Shown here piece after piece: positions 37,046-45,977 of a DNA stretch of 64,000 bases; position 1 is the stretch's first letter, and each line of letters opens with the position of its first letter. Position numbers and translations under genes: made by a program. The stretch spans positions 1,212,836 to 1,276,835 of the forward strand of contig CAVQHI010000002.1 of the NCBI GenBank assembly GCA_963712305.1. Direction: 5' to 3'. Source of the stretch: an uncultured bacterium (GTDB lineage: Bacteria; Bacteroidota; Rhodothermia; Balneolales; DATFMH01). A model generated the notes under the pieces. That model saw only the letters and a program-made list of their open reading frames with translations, was not told where the DNA came from and did not search any database.

Positions 37046-38404
37046 TCAATTCACATCTACTTCTACAACTGATGCAATTCCGTCCGGTGCGTTGCCGGGA
37101 AGAGTTACTATGAGATGGCCTTGTTTTTTTTCGGCAGTTACACCGCTTCGTGATGGATCTGAGAGAAGGTGGGCTCCCGAAATATTCCCATCTATAGATG
37201 GCAATTTAAGCGTTCCATCCTTAGGCCATGAAAAGACTTCCAAATACAATTTGCCTGGTTTTGACGTCACACGTCCCCATGAGAATTGTTGTTTGAACGG
37301 ACTTGCCGTGGTGCCGTAAATCGCTTTAGCATTTACATCCAGCCATTTTCCCATCTCTTCCAGGCGTGTAACTTCCGGCTGTGGAATAATGCCTTCAGCC
37401 GTCGGTCCGACATTCAAAAGATAATTTCCGCCTTTTGACGCAATATCGATCAGGTTTCGAATAAGAGTCGTATCCGACTTGAAATCAAAGTCGTCTTTAT
37501 TATATCCCCAATCGTTGTTTATCGTCATACATGTTTCCCAGTCAGTTCCAGGGATACCGTTTGGCGGGATGTTTTGTTCCGGCGTGCCAAAATCACCAAC
37601 GGCATCTTTCATCTGTATCCCTTTCATACCACCGGGGCGTTTTCCAATACGGTTATTTATGATCAGGTTTGGATCCATTTTACGGAGATAATTGTACAAA
37701 TTTTTGCCGTCAGTATAGGTCCACCAATCGGGCCATTCACCATCGAACCAAAGTACTGCCGGATGATACTGAGTAATCAATTCCTTCAGTTGTGTCTTCA
37801 TATATGTTTTGTAGTCATCCTTTTTGCCTGGTCTAATTTTGGTGGGATTATAGGTCGGATGCTCAGGATCAGAATTATCATGCGCCATTTGATCGGGACT
37901 ATGCCAATCCATGATTGAGTAATAAACGCCAAATTTAATGCCTCGTTCTCTGCACGCCTTACTTAGAGCCTTGATAGGATCCTTGCCCCATGGAGTGTCG
38001 TCTACCACGTTATAGTTAGTCGTTTTGGTGTTAAACATGACAAAGCCATCATGGTGCTTAGACGTGATGATCATATATTTCATACCAGCTTTCTTTGCAA
38101 CGCTGACCCACTGATCAGCATTGAATTTCACCGGGTCAAATTGTTTTGCGTATTTTTCGTATTCCTTTCGTGGTACATGACCGTTAGTCATATACCATTC
38201 ACCATGCGCCGGTACGGCATAGATTCCCCAGTGAATAAACATGCCAAAACGGGCATCCTTCCACCAGTCCATCCTGTCATTCTTGTTTGTTGGGTTTGTG
38301 TTATCTGCCCCGGAATTGTTAGGTGAGAAAGACGAGAATGCAGCGAAAAGCGTAATAAATATCAACACGGAAAGGCTTGTGAGATAAAATCTGTGATTTT
38401 GCAT
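37046..38404 (-). CDS. GH29 alpha-L-fucosidase
   Basis: It has WWKDARFGMFIHWGIYAVPA, MIITSKHHDGFVMFNT, YYSIMDW and LWFDGEW, plus a signal peptide. Confidence 0.9.
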   Translation of the reverse strand: MQNHRFYLTSLSVLIFITLFAAFSSFSPNNSGADNTNPTNKNDRMDWWKDARFGMFIHWGIYAVPAHGEWYMTNGHVPRKEYEKYAKQFDPVKFNADQWVSVAKKAGMKYMIITSKHHDGFVMFNTKTTNYNVVDDTPWGKDPIKALSKACRERGIKFGVYYSIMDWHSPDQMAHDNSDPEHPTYNPTKIRPGKKDDYKTYMKTQLKELITQYHPAVLWFDGEWPDWWTYTDGKNLYNYLRKMDPNLIINNRIGKRPGGMKGIQMKDAVGDFGTPEQNIPPNGIPGTDWETCMTINNDWGYNKDDFDFKSDTTLIRNLIDIASKGGNYLLNVGPTAEGIIPQPEVTRLEEMGKWLDVNAKAIYGTTASPFKQQFSWGRVTSKPGKLYLEVFSWPKDGTLKLPSIDGNISGAHLLSDPSRSGVTAEKKQGHLIVTLPGNAPDGIASVVEVDVN

Positions 38405-38428
38405 GGCACAACCTATGGAATTTTTGAA

Positions 38429-38444
38429 ATGTTACCGTTAATAT
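38429..38444 (+). promoter_or_regulatory. LacI-type operator candidate (ATGTTACCGTTAATAT)
   Basis: It is one of five intergenic copies of ATGTTACCG and lies 25-40 nt upstream of the GH29 start on the opposite strand. Confidence 0.45.
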
Positions 38445-38563
38445 GATCAAAGTAATATTCTAAATTGAAAATAAAACTTATTATTTCATTCAATTTCTAT
38501 TACTTATGAAATGTGGTGTTATTGAGATAGGAAAGATTTGGTGAAAGAAATAAGGGGATAAAG

Positions 38564-38576
38564 TGTTACTGTAACA
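38564..38576. promoter_or_regulatory. Palindrome TGTTAC-T-GTAACA upstream of the LacI gene
   Basis: It is a perfect 6+1+6 palindrome with the same half-site as the ATGTTACCG sites, about 100 nt upstream of the LacI start at 38675. Confidence 0.45.
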
Positions 38577-38674
38577 TGTCATAAGCCAGACACCATAAAT
38601 TTCCGGAATTACAAGCTCCATTCCACTCACTGAGGTCCAAATTTCTCTGTATTTATTAATTATATCTGAAAAAA

Positions 38675-39694
38675 TTGAATAACCGTATTACAATCCGACA
38701 GATAGCCCGCGAACTTGGTATCTCGGCGATGACCGTATCAAGAGCGTTAAACAATCGATCCAATGTGGATGAAAATACGCGAAAACGTGTTCTCGAGACT
38801 GCAAAGAGTATGGGGTACAGGCCTAACCACATTGCACGTAGTCTTACGACCAAAAGGACATTTACAATTGGCGTGGTTCTTCCAAAAGTATCACATTCCT
38901 TCTTTCCTGATGCTATCAGGGGGATTGAAGAGGTTGCATACCAAAAAGACTATCAGCTGATTCTGACCCACTCATCTGAAGATGCGACGCGTGAGATAAA
39001 AGTTATTGAATCTCTGGTCTCCAAACGGGTTGACGGAATACTCATATCTTCGGCCCGAAATGTCAGGGATCTCAAACATTATAATGAGTTGTTGGAGTCG
39101 AGTTACCCGGTTGTGTTTTTTGACCGCTGGATACCTGGATTGGCCGCCAGTTCCGTGCGCACAAATGATGAGGAATGCGCCCGGCTGATTACGAACCACC
39201 TGATAGAAAAGCATGGCTATCAGAAAATAGCGCACATCAGTGGTCCGGGCAATGTATCTATTGGTGCAGAACGTTTACGGGGATTCAGACGTGCCATGGA
39301 AGAACATCAGCTGGCTATTAATGAAAGCTGGATTGTCGAAGCCGCATTTGATGAAAATACCGGATATGAGGCTACCAAAAAGCTATTGAATCTACCCAAA
39401 GAGGAGCTTCCCCGCGCCATATTTGCAGTAAATGACTCTACCGCTTTTGGAGCCATGGAAGCGATTTATGATGACGAGTTAAGAATACCTGAAGATGTTG
39501 CACTCGTAGGATTTTCTGATGATAAACAAGATAAATTACTCAATCCGCCACTAACGACAGTCCATCAGCCTGCCTACGAAGAAGGGAAGAGAGCAACGCA
39601 GATTCTCATCGACATGATCGAAGGAAAATCAACTACGATTGAGGATGTAATCGTCAAGAGTCATCTTGTAATCCGCAAGTCGTGTGGATGCTAA
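38675..39694 (+). CDS. LacI/GalR-family transcriptional regulator
   Basis: The N-terminal HTH reads ITIRQIARELGISAMTVSRALNN and is followed by a periplasmic-binding-protein-like domain (GVVLP.., DGILIS, FAVNDSTAFGA, VGFSD). The start is apparently TTG, because no in-frame ATG follows the upstream stop at 38657-38659. Confidence 0.9.
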   Translation: MNNRITIRQIARELGISAMTVSRALNNRSNVDENTRKRVLETAKSMGYRPNHIARSLTTKRTFTIGVVLPKVSHSFFPDAIRGIEEVAYQKDYQLILTHSSEDATREIKVIESLVSKRVDGILISSARNVRDLKHYNELLESSYPVVFFDRWIPGLAASSVRTNDEECARLITNHLIEKHGYQKIAHISGPGNVSIGAERLRGFRRAMEEHQLAINESWIVEAAFDENTGYEATKKLLNLPKEELPRAIFAVNDSTAFGAMEAIYDDELRIPEDVALVGFSDDKQDKLLNPPLTTVHQPAYEEGKRATQILIDMIEGKSTTIEDVIVKSHLVIRKSCGC

Positions 39695-39818
39695 TGCCTC
39701 TGTGAGAATATTGAAGTAGTGATAAGTCGGAAGTGTTGATCAGGATCTATTCAAAGTGAACAGTGTATCACTCTTTCAGTTTGAATTTCCCTACGTGAGT
39801 TCAAATATCAGCAGGCAT

Positions 39819-41222
39819 TCAAAAATCAAAATACTGTTCTGCATTGTTGTGACAAATATCGGTTATCATAGAACCGACGAGCTCCATGTCTGCCGGAATC
39901 AATCCCTTTTCAATGTCTTCACCAATCATATTACATAATACGCGCCGGAAGTATTCATGGCGTGGGTATGAAAGAAAGCTCCTGGAATCTGTCAGCATCC
40001 CCACAAAATGGCTTAACAACCCCATATTCGCGAGCGTACGCAGTTGGTCTTCTATACCATCCTTTTGATCGAGGAACCACCATGCACTGCCGAATTGCAT
40101 TTTGCCGGGTACGGAACCATCCTGGAAATTGCCGATCATGGTTGCAAAAAGGGCATTATGGACTGGATTTACATTGTAAAGTATAGTCTTAGCCAGCTGA
40201 TCATTGGTATCAAGACGATTCAGGAATTTGGAGAGAGAACGCGCCTGACTGAAATCACCCATCGAATCAAAACCTGTATCAGGACCAAGTGTCCGATACA
40301 TTCGTGTGTTGTTATTCCGAATAGCACCGAGATGGTACTGCTGTACCCATCCACTCGCATGGTCCATTTTTCCCATCTCATAAAGTACAGCACTACTGAA
40401 TTTTCTATGTTCCTGTGGATCTATGATTTCTCCCTTTAAAGCTTTTGAAAAAATATCGTCTACTTCACTCTCGGTATATTCATCTGCATAAACAGTCTCC
40501 ATACCGTGATCAGAAAGGCGGCAACCGTGGTCATGGAAGAAATCGTGACGTTGTTTTAAAGCGGCAATCAGGTCTTTGTACCTTTTTACCGTAATGCTTG
40601 ATGCGAGCGATAACTTAGTCAGCCATTTTTGATACTCTTCAGGATTGTCGATTCCCAATGCTTTGTCTGGGCGGAATGCAGGTAAAACCTTAACATCGAA
40701 GGAAGCATCTTCAGCGATTTGTTGATGAAATTCCAAGCTGTCGACCGGATCATCAGTAGTACACACAACCTGTACATTCATTTTTTTAATAATCCCCCGT
40801 GCAGACAGTTCAGACTTGGAAAGAAGTTCATTGCAATGTTTCCAGATCCGCTCTGCACTTTTTTCGTTGAGCAGTTCATGTACATCGAAATAACGGAGAA
40901 GCTCCAGATGGGTCCAGTGAAAAAGAGGATTTCCAAGAGTCTTGGGTACGACTTTTGCCCATTCAAGAAATTTTTCCCAGTCGGTGGCATTACCGGTTAT
41001 ATATTTTTCATCGACTCCTGCAGTACGCATTGCACGCCATTTGTAATGGTCGCCATAGAGCCATATGTGCGTCAGGTTCTTGAACTGCGTGTTTTTGGCA
41101 ATATCCTCGACGGGAATGTGACAGTGATAGTCTATGATGGGAAGCCCTTCTGCATAGTCATTATACAGAGCTTTAGCAGTATCATTATGTAATAAAAAAT
41201 CATCGGTAATAAATGCGGACAT
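39819..41222 (-). CDS. uxaC: Glucuronate (uronate) isomerase
   Basis: It begins MSAFITDDFLLHNDTAKALYNDYAEGLPIIDYHCHI, the classic UxaC N-terminus, and also has YGDHYKWRAMR and WWFLDQKDG. The tracked ORF starts 12 codons earlier, at 41258. Confidence 0.92.
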   Translation of the reverse strand: MSAFITDDFLLHNDTAKALYNDYAEGLPIIDYHCHIPVEDIAKNTQFKNLTHIWLYGDHYKWRAMRTAGVDEKYITGNATDWEKFLEWAKVVPKTLGNPLFHWTHLELLRYFDVHELLNEKSAERIWKHCNELLSKSELSARGIIKKMNVQVVCTTDDPVDSLEFHQQIAEDASFDVKVLPAFRPDKALGIDNPEEYQKWLTKLSLASSITVKRYKDLIAALKQRHDFFHDHGCRLSDHGMETVYADEYTESEVDDIFSKALKGEIIDPQEHRKFSSAVLYEMGKMDHASGWVQQYHLGAIRNNNTRMYRTLGPDTGFDSMGDFSQARSLSKFLNRLDTNDQLAKTILYNVNPVHNALFATMIGNFQDGSVPGKMQFGSAWWFLDQKDGIEDQLRTLANMGLLSHFVGMLTDSRSFLSYPRHEYFRRVLCNMIGEDIEKGLIPADMELVGSMITDICHNNAEQYFDF

Positions 41223-41383
41223 GATACCCTTCTTTTCGTGTGATGTTACTGATAACATAATTTTTGGAATATAATAAGCTTGATGATGTAATTTGTAAAG
41301 CTTATCAAAGATAAGAATTGCTTTAAATCCTAATCATGATAATATTCCGGTTGAATTTGACCCAATCTAGTTAATAAAAAAAC

Positions 41384-41399
41384 ATGTTACCGCAAACAT
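41384..41399 (+). promoter_or_regulatory. LacI-type operator candidate (ATGTTACCGCAAACAT)
   Basis: The outer ATGTT/AACAT pair is perfectly palindromic around a central CG. It lies in the divergent uxaC/GH92 intergenic region. Confidence 0.45.
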
Positions 41400-41692
41400 A
41401 AAAAGTGCATTTCTAATCTGATTTCCTTGTCGGTTCTTTCCCTTTGGAAGTCTATGTATCTGTCCGTATATCAAATCATTCTGGTGTATCAGATACTTTA
41501 CCATAAAAGGGATGTATTATTGCTTTCAACCAAGCCCGGAGTAATCAATCGATATTAAGATAAATAAGTGCTTTCGGGTCTGGTAAAAGATAAGATGCAT
41601 CGTTAGTTTATACCATAGGTTAGCAGAAAATAGGTTATGGTATAATATGAAGAAATTGCTTTTTTGGGAATAATCGTTAAACAGGTGAAATA

Positions 41693-43999
41693 TTGAAAGT
41701 CGTCCTTGGTTTGATTGGGGTGCTGCTGATAGTAATAATCAGCACCTATGTATTTCAGAAAGGATCTGATGCCGTCGATTTTGCGGATCCGATGATTGGA
41801 ACGACTATGGATGGCAACGTGGCCCCAAACGTTGGAGTGCCGTTTGGAATGACACAGTGGACAGCACAAACGATGCCTCCGAAAAAGAAAGGTGTTCCTC
41901 CGTACAGATATTTTGATCCCATGATTCAGGGTTTCCGTGCCTCACACTGGTTAAGTGGTGGAGCTACTCAGGATTATGGCAGTATGACCCTTATGCCTGC
42001 GGTTGGCCCGCTAAAAGTAAATCCGGAGGACCGGGCATCGGCTTTCAGCCACGAAGAGGAGATATCTACACCCTATTATTACAAGGTCAATCTCCAGGAT
42101 TATAATATCGAGGCAGAAATGACAGCCACATCTCACGCTGGATTTCTGCGTTTTACATTCCCCGAATCGGATTCTTCTTATGTCATTATCGATGCAAATG
42201 CGGGATATCAACCGACACAAAAAAACACAAAAGGAGATGGATATATCCGCATTATCCCCGAAAAAAATGAAATTGTTGGATTTAATCCCGTCTATCGAAT
42301 GTATCAGGGATGGGGAGATCCGGCCGGTTTTTCAGGGTATTTTGTTGTCCAATTCAGACAGCATTTTGATAGTTTCGGCATTTGGAATCCTGGTAACTTT
42401 GCTGAAGATGATTCTACGGAATCCCATGACCGCCCCATAGCATATGTCCGTTTTTCAACAGGTTATAACGACGCCGTCGACATTAAAGTTGGTACATCAT
42501 TCACAAGCATTGGGGCTGCAGAAAAAAATCTGAATGATGAAATCCCATCCTGGAGTTTTAATCAAACGAGATTCGCGGCGAAACAAACATGGAATGATCA
42601 GTTAAGTAAAGTTGAAGTATCCGGTGGGACTCAGGAAGAGAAGAAGATATTCTATTCAGCTCTATACCATGCATTCCAATTGCCGCGGGTCATCAGCGAT
42701 GATGATGGTTCGTACATGAGTTTTGGCAGCCATCATGTGATAAAAAAGGCTGACGGATATACTCAGTATGGCGATTTTTCTCTTTGGGATACATTCAGGG
42801 CAGAACAGCCTTTGATCACTCTGCTGGATCCTGATAAAGCAAGGGATATGATCGTTTCTTTAATCAAAAAAGGGGAGGAAGGTGGCTTTTTGCCGATCTT
42901 TCCGGCCTGGAATAACTACACTTCGGAAATGATTGGTGATCATGCAATTTCCGTTATTGCCGATGCATATATTAAGGGTATTCATGGTTTTGATGCGGAT
43001 TCTGCCTATGTGATGATGAAAAAGAATGCAACGGAATTGCCGGCATCAGACTCAGCATATGCAAAGGGCATGGGAAGACGTGCGCTTGACGCCTATTTAA
43101 AATATGGATACATCCCACTCGAAGATTCTGTTAAGTACGCCTTCCATATGGGAGAACAGGTATCACGAACGCTGGAATATGCCTACGACGACTGGGTGCT
43201 TGGACAGATGGCGCGAGCACTGGGAAATCAAAAAGATTACGAAGAGTTTAATAAGCGTGGCCAGAATTTCAGGAATGTGTTTGACTCGACCACCGGATTT
43301 GTTCGAGGCAAATATGCTAATGGATCCTGGGTCAAACCGTTTGAACCTGATGTCCCATATCCTTATATCACAGAAGGGACTTCATGGCAATATAGTTGGT
43401 ATGTTCCCCAAGACGTCCCTGCGCTAATAAAACTTATGGGAGGACGTCAGAAATTCACTGATAAGTTGGATACTCTTTTTGAGCAAGCCATCAGTGATAA
43501 CCCCTCGTTTCGTAAGAACCCGTATTATTGGCATGGAAACGAACCGGATCAACTTGCTCCGTATCTTTATGATTATGCCGGCAGACCATGGAAGACGCAG
43601 TACTGGGTACGACAGATCATAAAACGATCATACCAGGATAATGCAGGTGGTTTGCCCGGAAATGATGATGCCGGACAAATGTCGGCCTGGTACGTTTTTA
43701 GTGCCATGGGATTTTATCCGGTATGTCCGGGAAAACCTGAGTACGCCATCGGAAGTCCGCTGTTTGATAAGGTAGTGTTACATCTCAAAGGAAATAAAAC
43801 ATTTACAATTATTGCCAGAGATAATTCGAATACGAATATGTATATCCAGTCTGCGAAACTAAATGGAAATACGTTAAACAAACCATGGATATCGCACTAT
43901 GATATCATTAATGGAGGAACTCTCGAGCTGCAAATGGGTAATAAACCGAATACAGACTGGGGAAAGCAACAAAGTGAAAGAATAAATAAATCTCGATAG
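41693..43999 (+). CDS. GH92 alpha-mannosidase
   Basis: It has DFADPMIGTT..GNVAPNVGVPFGMTQWT and GNEPDQLAPYLYDYAGRPWKTQYWVRQI..GLPGNDDAGQMSAWYVFSAMGFYPV. The start is apparently TTG, the only start-like codon after the in-frame stop at 41678, followed by a hydrophobic anchor. Confidence 0.92.
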   Translation: MKVVLGLIGVLLIVIISTYVFQKGSDAVDFADPMIGTTMDGNVAPNVGVPFGMTQWTAQTMPPKKKGVPPYRYFDPMIQGFRASHWLSGGATQDYGSMTLMPAVGPLKVNPEDRASAFSHEEEISTPYYYKVNLQDYNIEAEMTATSHAGFLRFTFPESDSSYVIIDANAGYQPTQKNTKGDGYIRIIPEKNEIVGFNPVYRMYQGWGDPAGFSGYFVVQFRQHFDSFGIWNPGNFAEDDSTESHDRPIAYVRFSTGYNDAVDIKVGTSFTSIGAAEKNLNDEIPSWSFNQTRFAAKQTWNDQLSKVEVSGGTQEEKKIFYSALYHAFQLPRVISDDDGSYMSFGSHHVIKKADGYTQYGDFSLWDTFRAEQPLITLLDPDKARDMIVSLIKKGEEGGFLPIFPAWNNYTSEMIGDHAISVIADAYIKGIHGFDADSAYVMMKKNATELPASDSAYAKGMGRRALDAYLKYGYIPLEDSVKYAFHMGEQVSRTLEYAYDDWVLGQMARALGNQKDYEEFNKRGQNFRNVFDSTTGFVRGKYANGSWVKPFEPDVPYPYITEGTSWQYSWYVPQDVPALIKLMGGRQKFTDKLDTLFEQAISDNPSFRKNPYYWHGNEPDQLAPYLYDYAGRPWKTQYWVRQIIKRSYQDNAGGLPGNDDAGQMSAWYVFSAMGFYPVCPGKPEYAIGSPLFDKVVLHLKGNKTFTIIARDNSNTNMYIQSAKLNGNTLNKPWISHYDIINGGTLELQMGNKPNTDWGKQQSERINKSR

Positions 44000-44140
44000 T
44001 GTGAATAAGAACAGAATCCTTAAGTTTTAGCTGATTTTATGCTGTGTGTTGACTTATTAAATTAAATATTCTAACTGATAGCAGGATTCACAACTTTCAC
44101 AAAGTTCTTTTATAGATTAAAACGGCTGAAACGCCATTTG

Positions 44141-44155
44141 ATGTTACCGATAACT
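44141..44155 (+). promoter_or_regulatory. LacI-type operator candidate (ATGTTACCGATAACT)
   Basis: GTTAC-CG-ATAAC is a perfect GTTAnCGnTAAC palindrome, 96 nt upstream of the GH28 start. Confidence 0.5.
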
Positions 44156-44250
44156 CCTGTGATTTTTCTGTATCTGTGGAATTAGATCAAAAAGGTTTAT
44201 GAGATTGGTTTAAAATAAAATCGTAAAACCGAATAAAATATAAGGTAAGT

Positions 44251-45813
44251 ATGGACATCACTCGAAAATCAGCCCTCAGAAAGATGGGTGCACTCGTTGG
44301 AACGACGGCTTTAATGGGATTTACCAGGCCGCGGATAGCATCAGGTGATCAACGCAACAGTGACTATAATGTCAAAGACTACGGTGCGAAAGGTGATGGA
44401 CAGACCAGCGATACCAATGCAATAAATGATACAATAGCTGCAGCGGCAAAGGCCGGCGGCGGACGAGTGTATTTCCCATCCGGTACCTATCTTACGGGCT
44501 CTATTCATTTAAAAAGCAATGTCTCCTTGTATCTTGAGCAGGCGGCAGTTCTGGAGGCAATAAGTGATTCGGGTTCATATGATCCTGCCGAACCATTTTC
44601 CGGCAAACAGTACCAGGATTTTGGCCATAGTCACTGGCATAATAGTTTGATATGGGGCGAAGACTTGCAAAATATTTCGATATTAGGTCCGGGGATGATT
44701 TATGGAAAAGGCCTGTTGCGGAATGTTGCAAAGAATGCATCAGAGAAAGGATTAGGAAACAAATCGATCGCGTTGAAGAATTGCCGCAATGTGATTTTGA
44801 AGGATTTCATCATCAAACATGGTGGCTGGTTTGGGATTTTGGCAACGGGCGTAGATAATTTTACCATAGACAATTTAAAAATCGATACCAATCGCGACGG
44901 GATGGATATCGATGCCTGCCGGAACGTCCGGGTATCAAACTGCAGTGTAAATTCCCCGTATGATGATGCTATTTGTCCCAAGAGTTCCTACGCCCTGGGT
45001 TATGCCAGGTCCACGGAAGATGTTACAATCACCAACTGCATGGTTTCAGGATTCCAGGAAGGAACGTTGCTTGATGGTACATTCAAGCCCTACACTGATA
45101 AGGAAAGGAGTAATCCGACAGGGCGAATTAAGTTCGGAACCGAGTCAAATGGCGGGTTTAAGAATATCACGATTTCTAACTGCGTGTTTAACCACTGCCG
45201 TGGACTGGCCCTGGAGACTGTAGACGGTGCATTATTGGAAGATGTGTCGATTTCCAATATTACGATGCGCAATGTGGGTAACGCCCCGATATTCATGAGA
45301 CTGGGAAGCCGTATGCGCGGCCCGAGCAGTATACCAATTGGGCAGATCAGAAGAGTCAATATCGACAACGTTGTTGTGAGCAATGCCGACAATAAGACCG
45401 GAGTATTGATAAGTGGAATTCCAAATCACCCTATCAAGGACATCAAGATCAGCAATGTGAGAATTGAATACGAAGGCGGAGGCACCAAAGAAGATGCCGG
45501 CATAGAACCGCCTGAAAAAGCGGATGGTTACCCGGAACCGGGTATGTTTGGTAAAATGCCGTCCTACGGATTCTATTTGCGTCATGTCGAAGGGATAGAA
45601 ATCACAAACGTAAAACTGAGTTATCAAAAAGATGACGCCCGGCCTGCTTTTGTGCTCCATGACGTGAAAGATGCAGATTTTCGTTTTATTAAAGTTCAGC
45701 GTGGTCCGAATTCACACGCCTTCTCCTTAAACAATGTTGAAGATTTCAGTATCTATGATTCGGAATCAATGTCTGATACCAAAATCAGTAAAGCTGATCA
45801 CAAACTGTTATAG
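44251..45813 (+). CDS. GH28 polygalacturonase/rhamnogalacturonase-family pectin hydrolase
   Basis: The N-terminus reads YNVKDYGAKGDGQTSDTNAINDTIAAAAKAGGGRVYFPSGTYLTGSIHL. Parallel beta-helix motifs NRDGMDI, DDAICPKS and GRIKFGTE are present. Confidence 0.85.
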   Translation: MDITRKSALRKMGALVGTTALMGFTRPRIASGDQRNSDYNVKDYGAKGDGQTSDTNAINDTIAAAAKAGGGRVYFPSGTYLTGSIHLKSNVSLYLEQAAVLEAISDSGSYDPAEPFSGKQYQDFGHSHWHNSLIWGEDLQNISILGPGMIYGKGLLRNVAKNASEKGLGNKSIALKNCRNVILKDFIIKHGGWFGILATGVDNFTIDNLKIDTNRDGMDIDACRNVRVSNCSVNSPYDDAICPKSSYALGYARSTEDVTITNCMVSGFQEGTLLDGTFKPYTDKERSNPTGRIKFGTESNGGFKNITISNCVFNHCRGLALETVDGALLEDVSISNITMRNVGNAPIFMRLGSRMRGPSSIPIGQIRRVNIDNVVVSNADNKTGVLISGIPNHPIKDIKISNVRIEYEGGGTKEDAGIEPPEKADGYPEPGMFGKMPSYGFYLRHVEGIEITNVKLSYQKDDARPAFVLHDVKDADFRFIKVQRGPNSHAFSLNNVEDFSIYDSESMSDTKISKADHKLL

Positions 45814-45931
45814 TCCTTTTGGGCCGTTTTGTTGAAAATCCCATAGGTTTCTGTAGGCAGTAAGATTCGACAGTCAATCTAACGTGAAACGAAGAGTAAT
45901 GTCGGTATACCTGTAACTATGATTTTTATTT

Positions 45932-45946
45932 ATGTTACCGATACCA
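45932..45946 (+). promoter_or_regulatory. LacI-type operator candidate (ATGTTACCGATACCA)
   Basis: It shares the 11-mer ATGTTACCGAT with the sites at 44141 and 58516 (minus strand) and lies 32 nt upstream of the GH31 start. Confidence 0.45.
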
Positions 45947-45977
45947 GGTACCATGATTAATTGTAAAAGGATATAAT

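Noticed and set aside
41647-41673. Mini-ORF MKKLLFWE* that looks like the beginning of a signal peptide, considered as evidence that the GH92 gene is frameshifted.
   Set aside because: Adding or removing one T in the T-run still hits stops before joining the GH92 frame. The GH92 ORF also has its own hydrophobic leader after the TTG start.
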